From: Hypanus sabinus
Lineage: Eukaryota
Reading direction: 5' to 3'
Length of the DNA: 64,000 nt
Assembly: GCF_030144855.1 (NCBI RefSeq)
Contig: NC_082709.1
Location: 149,110,001-149,174,000, forward strand
Shown here: in pieces, positions 25,421-38,039 of the stretch
Layout of the letters: every line of letters starts with the position of its first letter
Position numbering within the stretch: position 1 is the first letter of the stretch
Program-made: the position numbers and the translations under genes
The notes under the pieces: generated by a model
What the model was told of the DNA's origin: nothing
The model's database searches: none
What the model saw: only the letters and a program-made list of their open reading frames with translations

Positions 25421-27170
25421 CAGTGGTCCCCAACCACCGGGCCGTGACCCAGTGCAGCTCCACAGTCCAGTGGTTGAGGATCACTGGTGCAGTTCATCTG
25501 GTTTGAGTGACTTAATTAAAAATTTTCAACCATGATGAGCAATTATCTATAAGTGAGAGAAATGAGGAAATGTTAAAAGTAGATCTACCAGCTGGTTTGG
25601 GGACGGCACAAACCAACCAAATAGCCAGTGTATTCTTTGAGATAGGTCATGTCTAATGAACCCAAGTCTCTTTATGAAGTGACAACTGCCCAGTGTCTGT
25701 GGTATGTTTTATATGTGCATTACCAACATTAAGGGTTGGTATTTATTACTAAAGCTATGGAATTAAGAGCAAATTATTAAGCAGTTTAGGAGATTAACAG
25801 GGCATTAAACAATGGTGAAATAGCAGGAAGTAACAACCACTGGATCACAACAGATTGTCCATTTATATTTATTGGTAGTGCGGTAAAACACCATGTATGC
25901 ATGTGGAAGGTAAGGTTACAAAGATGAAACAAAAAAAAATCAAACAAAATTGTAATGAATTTCAATGTAGCCAAGTACAAGAATATTTTAGGTAAAAGTG
26001 AAAGTTAAATGATAACTTGAACAGTGAAGTTACAAATATTACATATCACTAAACTAATCAGCTACAAATTTAATCCAGCACTTGTAGGGTAATTGTCCGT
26101 ATATCCAGAAACTAAAAATGTTCTAAATATATCATTGTAGGTGCACTTGCTATTGATAGAATTTTGTTAGGAATGCAGTGTAAATTCACTGGAATGATAG
26201 AGCTGTGCAAGAAGTGCATAAACTAGGCTTGTGCTCCCTGGGTACAAGAACTTAAAGAGCAAATTGGTTGGGGTATGGTGGGGGTGGAGGTTTGTTAAGA
26301 TGTTAAAAAATTGATAGGCTAAGCAAACCTCCAACTGATGCGGATAATCAGGACAAGGTGGGGAGGAACCTTAAAATTACAACCAGGGATCTTTAAGAAG
26401 CAACATCAAAACTGAAAATCCTGGAAACAAAACTGTGGAAACAATCAGCAGGTCTGCAGCATCTATGCAAACAGAAACAGTTTAACATTTCAGGTCACAG
26501 ACTTAGCATTAAAATTACAGGAGATATCCATTTGTATAAAGGGTGGTTGAGATATGAAACATACTACCATAAACAGTCAATGTTAGATATTAGGATTATT
26601 TTTTACTATAACCAAGGATATTGGTCATGGATACAGATGGCAAACAATTTCATTGACTAGTTGACAGAACAGAAACAAGTAACATTGGACATTTTTGATG
26701 TGCCCTTGTAGAAATGGTTTATTCTGTCCATTTACTTTATTGAAAATGTTGAGTTCATTTACAGAATACTTACTAGATTGTGGTATCATCTATTACGGGG
26801 GAAAACAAGTGTTTCGGGTCAAACCCATAACATTACTGCTGAGAATATGGCATTTTATCTGGGTCAGTATTTGTTTGAACAGGCTTCAGATGCATCTGAC
26901 TTGCTATTGTAACTGAAGTTGTTTTCACTGCCTCAAGTAAAGATGAAAGAAAAGCTTTATTTGTGATATATACATCAACACATACAGTGACATATGTTAT
27001 TTGTGTCACTCTTAAGTTGTATGCAGGACAGCTTTCAAGTGTCGCTATGGTTCCAGTGCCAACATGGCATGCCCACAACTGACAGACTAACTGTAACTCA
27101 TACATCTTTGGAACGTGGAAAGAAACTGAAGCACCGTAAGGAAACCCACACAGTCACAGGCAGAACATGC

Positions 27171-28002
27171 TGTTACGAATTCCCGTAACTGGATCACTTA
27201 CTAGCAAAGATAGAGAGGTCCGTTGAAGTCTGATGGTACTATTTTTAAAAGTATTTATTGATAAAGGGCACAAAAATAAGATTAATGCAAACATACAGAT
27301 AATATACGTCATCAATACTAAATCTAAGCGCGGGTATAATAATAACCAATAAGAAATAGCTCTATCGTTGTTTAGGGGGTTAATGTATTGTCCAATGGAA
27401 AGATAACAGTCACTGTCAGTTCGTTCAAGCTGCAGCGTTGTTGGGTTTAAAAGTGATGCGGTTTAAACTTTCCCCAGGTCTTTTAAGGTGCCGATCCATT
27501 GAGTCAGGGGAGCGGGCTTCCCCGTTGTTAGCTAAAAGCTGTTTTCCCGTGGTTCCAGCCACCAATTCCAGCCACGGAATCGAACGCACGTGGCTTATTT
27601 CAGATGACTTCCTGCTGTTACGTGGTCGCTTAACATTTCTTCTGGTGCGTCTAAAGGGGTTGTTCCCCAGACCCTCTTTTATACTTCCTCACGGGGTCTC
27701 CGATGTCAATCAGGTTGGGATGATGCAATCCCTCAACCAGCCCACTCTGGCCATCCCCTGAGGGGCTTCAATGAATAGTACAGTACTCAATACACAACTT
27801 GGTCTTCCAGAGACAATGGCCATGTCCCGTAGCTTTACATCGCTGGGGAAACGAGGCATTTTGCACGTCCCATTCTCATTTCCTGGGCCCCTTGACTCAA
27901 CCCACTAGTGACCTTGCGATTCTCACAAAGGAGGGGGCTATGGACATAACAACGCAAACTCCTTACAGCCGGCAGCGGAGTAAAGTTACACTGACCGTTA
28001 CA
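27171..28002 (-). mobile_element. Solo LTR (Gypsy-like)
   Basis: TGTTACG...CGTTACA termini, ~830 bp, minus-strand TATA-like and AATAAA motifs, imperfect 4-bp flanks (atgc/atac). Confidence 0.6.
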
Positions 28003-28087
28003 ATACCATTTCACCCCTAATAATGTCAAAATATCCTAAAAGAAAAATTTTGTAGATTGCAGATTAATGTTATTCTTTCCCTTGTAG

Positions 28088-28232
28088 GTTTGTGTGTGAA
28101 GGAACTATTGAAGACAAAATCTTTGAACTTCAGGAGAAGAAGAAGGAGCTGGCAAAGAAAGTGCTGTCAGGGACTGGAGAAACATTTACCAAGCTTACTC
28201 TTGCTGATCTTCGAATCCTTTTCGGCATCTGA
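28088..28232 (+). CDS. TTF2: TTF2 terminal coding exon ([47 protein letters not shown])
   Basis: cttgtag acceptor; matches the recalled human TTF2 C-terminus [47 protein letters not shown]. Confidence 0.9.
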
Positions 28233-28861
28233 GTCGATCTAAGTGGAAAATAAGATAATTTTTCAAACTCTAACATAACAGTCAAAGTACACTCTTAAAA
28301 AGATCCTCAGAAAATACTACATGATTTCTGAAACATATCAAAACATCTGAATGCTATTGTATAATTATGGCAACATACAAAAGCTTCATAAACTAAAGTT
28401 ATTTACATTTGGTATATACCGTATAATTGTCTCAAAGGTTAATCCCCATCCCACATTTGGTTAGATGTTGTCTTGATAAATGTAAGATACCTCAACAAAT
28501 TCATCATCAATGTTATATTGGCTATTACCCGCAAAATACTAAAATTACAAAAAATTGTTTTTGTTCTTAGCATCGGTTAAGATTCAAGCAACCAAACTAT
28601 TTACTTTTGTATCCAAATGAAGTGCCTACTCGTGCATTGTTCAGGTAATGATATACTTAGGTTAGTGATTAAATTGACATTGTCAACAATTTTGTACAAT
28701 GTGACAGTTCCAGCTTCTTGGGTGACAGATGAAATTTAGATCAATGCTTATTCTTGCATTAAGAGAACATTCCCTCATTTAATCTCATCTCCATTCTCCA
28801 GGTTTCGATGTGAGAACTGTAATTTTAGTTTCTCTTGTGTAAACTAATGTACCATTGCACT

Positions 28862-31800
28862 TATAACCGTAAAACCATATAGCAATTACAGCACTGAAAC
28901 AGGCCATCTCGACCCTTCTAGTCAGTGCCGAATGCCTACTCTCACCTAGTCTCACTGGCCCACACTCAGCCCATAACCCTCCATTCCTTTCCTGTCCATA
29001 TACCTACCCAATTTTACTTTAAATGACAATACCAAACCTGCCTCTACCACTTCTACTAGAAGCTCATTCCATACAGCTACCTTTCCGAGTAAAGAAATTC
29101 CCCCTCGTGTTACCCTTAAACGTTTGTCCCCTAACTCTCAAATCATGTCCTCTTGTTTGAATCTACATTGCTCTCAATGGAAAAAGCCTATACACGTCAA
29201 CTCTATCTATCCCCCTCATAATTTTAAATACCTCTATCAAGTCCCCCCTCAACCTTCTACGCTCCAAACAATAAAAACCTAACTTGTTCAACCTTTCTCT
29301 GTAACTTAGGTGCTGAAACCCAGGTAACACTCTAGTAAATCTTCACTGTACTCTCTCTATTTTGTTGACATCTTTCCTATAATTCGGTGACCAGAATTGT
29401 ACACAATACTCCAAATTCGGCCTTACCAATGCCTTGTACAATTTTAACATTACATCCCAACTCCTATACTCAATGCTCGGATTTATAAAGGCCAGCATAC
29501 CAAAAGCTTTCTTCACTACCCTATCCACATGAGATTCCATCTTCAGGGAACTATACACCATCACTCCTAGAACAAACAACACACACAAAGTGCTGGTGGA
29601 ACAAAGCAGGCCGGGCAGCATCTATAAGGAGAAGCACTGTCGACGTTTTGGGCCGAGACCCTTCATCAGGATGCCTGGCCTGCTGTGTTCCACCAGCACT
29701 TTGTGTGTGCTGCTCAAATTTCCAGCATCTGCAGATTTCCTCGTGTTTACTCCTAGATCATTCTGTTCTACTGCATTCCTCAATGCCCTACCATGTATGT
29801 CCTATTTTGATTAGTCCTACCAAAATGAAGCACCGCACAATTATCAGCATTAAACTCCATCTGCCATCTTTCAGCCCACTCTTCTAACTGGCCTAAATCT
29901 CTCTGCAAGCTTTGAAAACCTACTTCATTATCCACAATGCCACCTATCTTAGTATCATCTGCGTATTTACTAATCCAATTTACCACCCCATCATCCAGAT
30001 CATTAATATATATGACAAACAACAATGGACACAGTACAGATCCCATCACTAGTCACCGGCCTCCAACCTGACAAACAGTTATCCACCACTACTTTCTGGC
30101 ATCTCCCATCCAGTCACTGTTGAATCCATTTTATTACTTCAATATTAAAACCTAACGATTGAACCTTCCTAACTAACCTTCTCTGTGGAACCTTGTCAAA
30201 GGCCTTACTGAAGTCCATATAGACAACACCCACTTTTTTACCCTCGTCAACTTTCCTCGTAACCTCTTCAAAAAATTCAATAAGCTTTGTCAAACATGAC
30301 CTTCCATGCAAAAATCCATGCTGACTGTTCCTAATCTGACACTGTCCATCCAGATAATTAGATATACCATCTCTAAGAATACTTTCCATTAACTTACCCA
30401 CCACTGACGTCAAACAGCCAGGCCTATAATTGCTAGGTTTACTCTTAGAACCCATTTTAAACAATGGAACCACATAAGCAATACGCCAATCCTCCAGCAC
30501 CATCCCCATTTCTAATGACATTTGAAATATTTGTCAGAGCCCCTGCTATTTCTACACTAACTTCCCTCAAGGTCCTAGGGAATATCCTGTCAGGACCCGG
30601 AGATTTATCCACTTTTATATTCCTTAAAAGCGCCAGTACTTTCTCCTCTTTAATTGTCATAATTTCCATAACTTCCCTGCTTGTTTCCCTTACCTTACAC
30701 AATTCAATATCCTTCTCCTTAGTGAATACCGAAGAAAAGTAATCGTTCAAAATCTCCCCCATCTCTTTCGGCTCCACACATAGCTGTCCACTCTGATTCT
30801 CTAAGGGACCAATTTTATCCCTCACTATCCTTTTGCTATTAATATAATTGTAGATACCCTTTGGATTTTTTTTACCTTACTTGCCAAAGCAAACTTGTAT
30901 CTTCTTTTAGCTTTTCTAATTTCTTTCTTAAGATTCTTCTTACATTCTTTATATTCCTTGAGCACCTCATTTACTCCATGCTGCCTATATTTATTGTAGA
31001 TATCTCTCTTCTTCTTATCCAAGTTTCCAATATCACTTGAAAACTGTGGCGCTCTCAAACTTTTGACCTTTCCTTTCAACCTAACAGGATTACAAAGATT
31101 CTGTACCCTCAAAATTTCACCTTTAAATGACCTCAATTTCTCTATTACATCCTTCCCATATAAAAAAAATTGTCCCAATCCACTCCTCCTAAATCCTTTC
31201 GCACCTCCTCAATGTTAGCCTTTCTCCAATAAAAAATCTCAACTCTGGGTCCAGTCCCATCCTTCTCCATAATTATATTGAAACTAATGGTATTGTGATC
31301 ACTGGACCCGAAGTGCTCCCCAACACATACATCTGTCAGCTGACCTATCGCATTCCCTAACAGAAGATCCAACACTGCCCCTTCTCTACTCAGTACCTCT
31401 ATGTATTGCTGCAAAAAACTATCCTGCACACATTTTACAAACTCCAAACCATCCATCCCTTTTACAGTATGGGCTTCCCAGTCTATGTGTGGAAAATTAT
31501 AATCTCCCACAATCACAACCCTGTGCTTACTACAAATATCTGCTATCCCCTTGCAAATTTGATCCTCCAATTCTCGTTCCCCATTAGTTGGTCTATAATA
31601 CACCCCTATAAATGTTACTACACCTTTCCCAATCCTGAGTTCCACCCAAATAGCCTCCCTAGATGAGCTCTCTAATCTATCCTGCCAGAGCACCGCTGTA
31701 ATATTTTCTCTGACAAGCAACACAACAGCTCCCCTCTTGTCCCTCCGATTCTATCACACCTGAAGCAGCGAAATCCAAGAATATTTAGTTGCCAATCACA

Positions 31801-33300
31801 CCCCTCCTGCAACCATGTTTCACTAATAGCTACAACATCATATTTCCAGGTATCAATCCTTGCTCTAAGCTCATCCACCTTTCTTACAATGCTCCTAGCA
31901 TTAAAACACATTTAAGAAATTCTACAGCTCTTCCTCTATGTTTATCTCTAACAGTACAAAGAATTTTAATGTTTTTTTTTCTTCCTGCTCCCATACATCT
32001 GTTGCTACATTCTGATTCCCCTCCCACCTCGTATCCAGTTTAAATCCACTGGAGCCTCTCTAGCAAACCTACCTGCAAGAATATTTGTCCCCCTCCAGTT
32101 CCGATCCCACCGGAACAGGTCCCACCTTCACTGGAAAACTGTCCAATTATCTATAAATCTGAAGCCCTCCATCCTGCTCCATGTCTTCAGTCACGTGTTG
32201 ATCTGCACTATCTTACTATTTCTAAACCCACCAGCACGTGGCACTGGTAGCAATCCTGAGATTGCTATCCTGGAGGTCCTGTCCTTTAACTTGGCACCTA
32301 GCTCCCTAAACTCACCTTTCAGGACCTCCTCACTCTTCCTACCCACATCATTGGTCCCTACATGGACCATGACATCCGGCTGCTCACTCTCCCTATTGAG
32401 AATACTGAGAAGTCGATCCGAGATATTGTGAACCCTGGCACCAGGGAGGTAACTGACCATCTGGGATTCTCAATCTCTTCCACAGAACCTCCTATCTGTC
32501 CCCCTAACTGTTGAATCCCCTATCACTACTGCTCTCCTCTTTTCCCTCCTTCCCTTCTGAGCTCAGGGTCCAGTCTCAGTGCCAGAGACTCAACCACTCC
32601 AACTTGTCCCTGGTAGGTCATCCCCACCAACAGTATCCAAAATGGTATACTTATTGTTGATGGGAACGGCCACAGGGATGCTCTGCTCTTCCTGTCTATT
32701 CCCCTTCCCTCTCCTGACTGTCACCCAACTACCTGTCTCCTTTACTCTTAGGGGTGACTATCTCCCCGAAACTGCTGTCTATTTCTGCCTATACCTCCGG
32801 AATGATCCGAAGTTCATCCAGCTCCAGTTCCCTAACACGGTTGGTCAGGAGCTGCAGCTGGATGCACCTTTCAGAGGTGTAGTCATCAGGGACAGCTGTG
32901 CTCACACTGACTTCCCACATACTGCAAACGGAGCACCCAACTGCCCTAACTGCTGCCTCTTTACCTACCCCTAAGCTAATTAGATTAATTAAAGGAGCTT
33001 ACCTGGCCTTACCTCACCTGGAGTGAAGTTCGTACTCAGCCTCTGCTCGCTGATCTCAGAGGCGGACTTTCACGCGCCTGCGCAGTCTAGCCTCTTTGCC
33101 CTGATCAGTTAAAAAAAAACAGCCTCTCTCCGAACTTCTTTTACCTCTTCCCTCTTCGCCTCTTGCTTCGATTTAAATGACTGTTGAAAACTTCCTCTCC
33201 TTTTTAAACCTTTGGCGCGCTAGTCACGCGCGTGCGCAGTCTAGCCTCTTTGCCCCGATCAGTTAAAAAAAAACAGCTTCTCTCCGAGCTTCTTTTGCTT
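28862..33300 (-). mobile_element. Near full-length CR1 LINE (5' UTR, ORF1, EN, RT) in the TTF2 3' UTR region
   Basis: Collinear ORF1 esterase (SYLPGARV, VHVGTND), EN (NARSI, SETWL, GDYNFP, SDHN) and RT fragments with frameshifts; ~70-bp direct repeat in the 5' UTR (33070/33225). Confidence 0.92.
29575..29745. mobile_element. Short palindromic element inserted in the CR1
   Basis: acacacaaagtgctggtggaac...gcagcatc and its inverse flank a CTGATGA-agggtctcggccc-AAAAC core on the minus strand. Confidence 0.7.
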
Positions 33301-33787
33301 TGGCTACTCAAATGAAAGTGGATCTATTTACATTTAAGGTACCAGTTTGTAACCAACAGTTTACACTTGGAATAGTGAATTCTACCGTTATAATGCACTG
33401 TTAGATCTCTAGTTTAAATTCATTATTCAACAAGTTCTGAGATCTTGCAGATCTTGCCAGCACTTCCACAGAATCATAAGTACGAAACTGGGTAAAAATT
33501 TTGGCTACCCATGGTATCGCATTTGGCTAACTATACTTCAGAAGAAAACTTTGTGCATAGGTATACAGTATAACTAGGATATTTTTTAATGTAATTGTAG
33601 GATTACATTTAAAAATATTGTCCTATTGAGCGATTACCATGTAATTTGTTGAATTAGTTGGATGTAATTTTTATTTTGCCAAAAGACTTTTCATTAGCGG
33701 TCAGTAATGCTGCGTATTCCACATTGATGCATTTCCTGCCTGTTTACATTTACCTATTTATAGATACATGTAGTCTACATTTATCAA

Positions 33788-33830
33788 AATAAAGCTTTTG
33801 TGATAACTTTTGTGGATTGCAATAATAAAG
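33788..33830 (+). terminator. Candidate poly(A) signals of the TTF2 3' UTR, which is split by a CR1 insertion
   Basis: Two AATAAA hexamers in AT-rich unique sequence resuming after the CR1; assignment is inferred. Confidence 0.3.
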
Positions 33831-34639
33831 ATCAACATTTCATTATGTAAACAAATATTTAAAAAAAATGAGACTAGTAATTGAAAAAAACTCTCCAATC
33901 CATAGCTCATCTTGAAAAATGAAATGGAACATCATTACACAAAAAAGGATGTACTAAACTGATTCTTGGGTTAGTGGGTCAGCTGTTCAAGGGAGAGATT
34001 AAGTTGGGTGGGTTTACTGAGAGGGGGGCTCATTTATCCATTGAGCTTTGCAAGTATTTCAGTACATTTCCACTGACTGGAATGTCTAGAACTCTCAAAA
34101 TTAGGGTTTACTGATTTAAGATGGGGTATAAATCTTTATTGTAACTTGTGATCTGAGTGACCAGAGAGACAATGAAGCTGGTGATATAAAGGTCTTTATT
34201 CTTCACAAGTTTGCATTCTCCTGGAGACCCACAGTAGAGTCTCTCGTATTCAAAGTACATCATATTTTTGTCCTTCAGATCAATAACAATAGATATTCAA
34301 TCCAATTTCAATAGTTACAGTGACATCATTTATTTCATTATTTTAGGTTTGACAATGCTTCCTGTGAGGTACCTATCTACAGTGGAAGCATATTTTCATG
34401 TTCAGATACCTGAAACATGAGAAATTCTGTATATCCTGAAAATGCAAAACATCACACAAACTGCTGGAGGAACTCAGCAGGTCAGGCAGCATCTAGGGAA
34501 ATTAATAAAGTGTCAGCATTTTGGGCCAGGACCCTTCTTCAGGACTGGAAAGGAAGGGGGTAGATGCCAGAATAAAAAGGTGGGGGTGGGAAAGGAGGAT
34601 AGCTAGAAGGTGATAGGTGACACCAGGTAGGTAGGAAAC

Positions 34640-35350
34640 TTAGAAGCCTAGAAAACCTACATCACAATACAAGCCCTTCGGCACACAAAGCTGTGCCAAA
34701 CCTGTCCTTACCTTTGAAATTACCTAGGGTTACCAACAGCCCTCTATTTTTCTGAGCTCCATGTACCCATCCAGGAGTCTCTTAAAAGACCCTATCGTAT
34801 CCGCCTCCACCACCGTCACCAGCAGCCCATTCCATGCACTCATTCTGCATTGAAAAAAACTTGTCCCCGACACCTCCTCTGTACCTACTTCCAAGCATCT
34901 TAAAACTGCCCCCTCTTGCTAGCCATTTCAGCCCTGGGAAAAAGCCTCTGACTATCCACACGATCAATGCCTCTCATCATCTTATACACCTCTACCAGGT
35001 CACCTCTCATCCTCCGCTGCTCCAAGGTAACAAGGCTGAATTCACTCAACCTATTCTCATAAGGCATGCTCCCCAGCCCAGGCAACATCCTTGTAAATTT
35101 CCTCTGCACCCTTTCTATGCTTTCCACATCCTTCCTATAGTGAGGTGACCAGAACTGAGAACAGTACTCCAAATGGGGCCTGACCAGGGTTCTATATAGC
35201 TGCAACATTAACTCTCGGCTCCTAAACTCAGTCCCACGGTTGATGAAGGCCAGTGCACCGTATGCCTTCTTAACCACAGAGTCAACCTGCACGGCAACTT
35301 GAGTGTCCTATGGACTCGGACCCCAAGATCCCTCTGATTCTCTACACTGC
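34640..35350 (-). mobile_element. CR1 3' fragment
   Basis: 130-aa RT C-terminal ORF. Confidence 0.85.
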
Positions 35351-35762
35351 CAAGAGTATTATTATTAATATTCTAAATGGTAAAGGCTGGAGAGGAAGGG
35401 GAGGAGTAGGGGCCCAGGGGGAGATGATAGTGAGAAGAGGTAAAAGGCCAGAGTTGGTTGGGACAAAGTAATGTCTAAAAGCTTCTGGGGAGAGAGATGC
35501 CAAAAACCCAAAATTAATCTGTGAGGGCTTTAAGTAAGGAAATATCTCAACCATGGATTGATCAGGTGTGTCTGTGTGATGTGCTCAGTGACAATCTCGG
35601 TCTGCTCTGCGAGCTTCCTTGTACTCAGTCAGCATGGTGTAAATAACTTAAGCAGCGTCATCTGGTTTGATGTACACCAATTAGCATAACCCCATTGTTT
35701 TATGAAAAAGAAAAGAATCGAGTGCTTTCAAAGCATATATGACAAATAAACTCCTCTCAGGC

Positions 35763-36390
35763 TGATTTTAACCAACGGTTTGATGACAAACTCTGCTGTC
35801 TTCATCAGTGACAATAGCTAGGAATGTCTAGTCCTGTGGTATACATACTCCCAACCATCCGTCCTTCCTGATTGGTTAGTTCTCATCCAATCAAGTTTCT
35901 GCTGTCCCAGTTTGTTTACAATTAAATTCCAGTTCTTACTAATTTTATTTCAATGTGATGAGATGCACGGTGGAAACCCAAATCAAGGAGCATAGAAGTT
36001 GTATCTGTTTGGGTTACACAGAGAAATCAGTGGTAGCAAAATACTGCATTCACAATGGCCATGGGATTGACTTCGATGGTACAAAACTGCTGTGCCAGGC
36101 AAATGTCTTTGGGGATCACCTGGTGAAGGAAGAGATTGAAATAAAACTAGAGAAAAAGAATTTTAACAAAGACGAAGGTCTTGCTCTAAGTAAGAACTGG
36201 AATTTGATCATAAATAAGGCAGTACAGCAGAAACCTGATTGTATGATGTCTAACCAATCAGGAGGGACAGACTGCAGGGGTATAAATATGCCCAGGCATC
36301 ATCCCTGATGAAGATGACAGAGTTTGTCATTGAAGCATCAGTTAAAATCGATATCTGTACCTGGCTGGAAGCCCGAGAAGAGTTTATTTC
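35763..36390 (+). mobile_element. Penelope-like element 3' end with inverted pseudo-LTR
   Basis: GIY-YIG C-terminal ORF 35955-36308 (IKEH...KEEIEI...NFNKDEG..LSKNW); 35763-35810 is an inverted copy of 36305-36350. Confidence 0.75.
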
Positions 36391-36630
36391 CCATTGTGTT
36401 TGGCTGATGCAAACCAGAACTCATGGTCACTTCACTTTGTAAGCCATATCTTTTAGCAGCCAAACATATTGTTTGTTTGCAAAATTGTCCTTTTAATTTA
36501 CAGAATTGTTTACTTTAAGAACTGAAGACTGTTTCTTGCTTGAATTCATATCTGCTATATTCATATAATTTCTTAGCTTCAGAATAATCCTTAATATAGC
36601 TTCTAAAGAATTTCATTCATTGCGACTTAC

Positions 36631-36723
36631 CAACAAAACTGAACGCAATCAGTACCAGCAATAATAAACTAATTCCCACGATGATGATGACAGCATGTGA
36701 GATAAATGGGATGAGGTGGTCAT
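36631..36723 (-). CDS. Putative transmembrane exon of copy B (DDHLIPFISHAVIIIVGISLLLLVLIAFSFV)
   Basis: tttgcag acceptor, GTAAGT donor, 93 nt, phase 1-1 and in frame with C1-e; uninterrupted hydrophobic run. Linkage across the ~14-kb repeat-filled intron is inferred. Confidence 0.72.
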
Positions 36724-38039
36724 CTGCAAATGGAGTATACAGATCATCATCATTTAAGAACCTTAATGCAAACTGAAATTCTTGCTGAATTTTCAAAAAT
36801 TCTGGCCATTTTACAAATCAAATAACTGAGAGACAAAAGACTTGGCGTAGGTGGCTTCTTTGTTTTCTGCGGTTTTGTTTTCAAGGGATCTAAGCATCTT
36901 AAAATAAATTGGATTGTCACTGACCTACTTTTGCATGTGTATGACAATCACATGTTTTTGCCCTTTATCTGCATTTCTTCTAGGGTTAACTCTAACCTTA
37001 AAAAGCACAGATAGGAAATGTGAGTTTTTTTAAAAAGTAAAAAATGATATAAAAACCAGATGTTGAAATTAAATTAATCAGTTTGTCTGATGCAAATTAT
37101 ATTTTGTTTATTAATGAAATGTGCTAAATGTGGTTCAGTGTAATTCATGCAGCACAGTATGAAACAAGTATTGTAAATGTCATAATATCTGAATGTTCTA
37201 GAATTTGATAGCGTCTGTCAATAGTAAATGAAAAGTAAAACATTCCAGATTTTGAACATTTCAAATTCTGAAAATATTTGTCATTTGGAGAAGGAACATT
37301 TCAGATTAAATATTAATGATGTAATTGAATTTCCTTAGTGTATACTTATTCTAAGTAAATCTAAAGGAATAACTTGTGGATTCAGAAGTCCAAAATATAT
37401 TCAGTACTTTTTAAAAAAGGAAATGATCATTCTAACCAATTAGCATCAATTCATTCCATATCATTATTAGCTGCTCTCATGGGGGAGGGAATTAACAGTG
37501 GCTAGAGATCATGTGAAATCAAATGTGCTTTCAAAAGTCTAGCAATGATTTGATGTCCTTCCGTGACCAAGTTTCTGTAAATATCTCCATGGTGCATCCT
37601 TCGTTACTCGGTGCCCGTGCAGACCCTGATTTATAACTGCACCCATATATTCACTTTAATTGTGCAATTTAGATTTTCCACTACACATCTGTTTCATCTC
37701 AAACTATTGCAGTTACTTGACCACAAGTAAACTGTGTGGTAACTTACATTTTTCCACAAGTTAAATTCTGGTTTTAATTGTTTTAACTAAATATTATGCC
37801 TCACTATATTCCAAATATACACTGATAAGATTATAATAACACTCTAGGAGAGTGACAATATTTATGATAAATTATGTTTGATTAAATACAATTTAAAAAC
37901 CCCAGGATTAATCTTGCTGGACTCACAGTTATTTTCCTTTATAGTATAATAGCATATATATTCAGCTGAAGTCTGCTGTGCAGATGGTTTAAAGAACAGT
38001 GATATTAGGAAAATAAATTCAAGCATACATTAATTTTCC

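Noticed and set aside
37560-37625. Possible hinge micro-exon GSARAP upstream of the TM exon
   Set aside because: Weak splice sites; cannot be distinguished from noise without transcripts.
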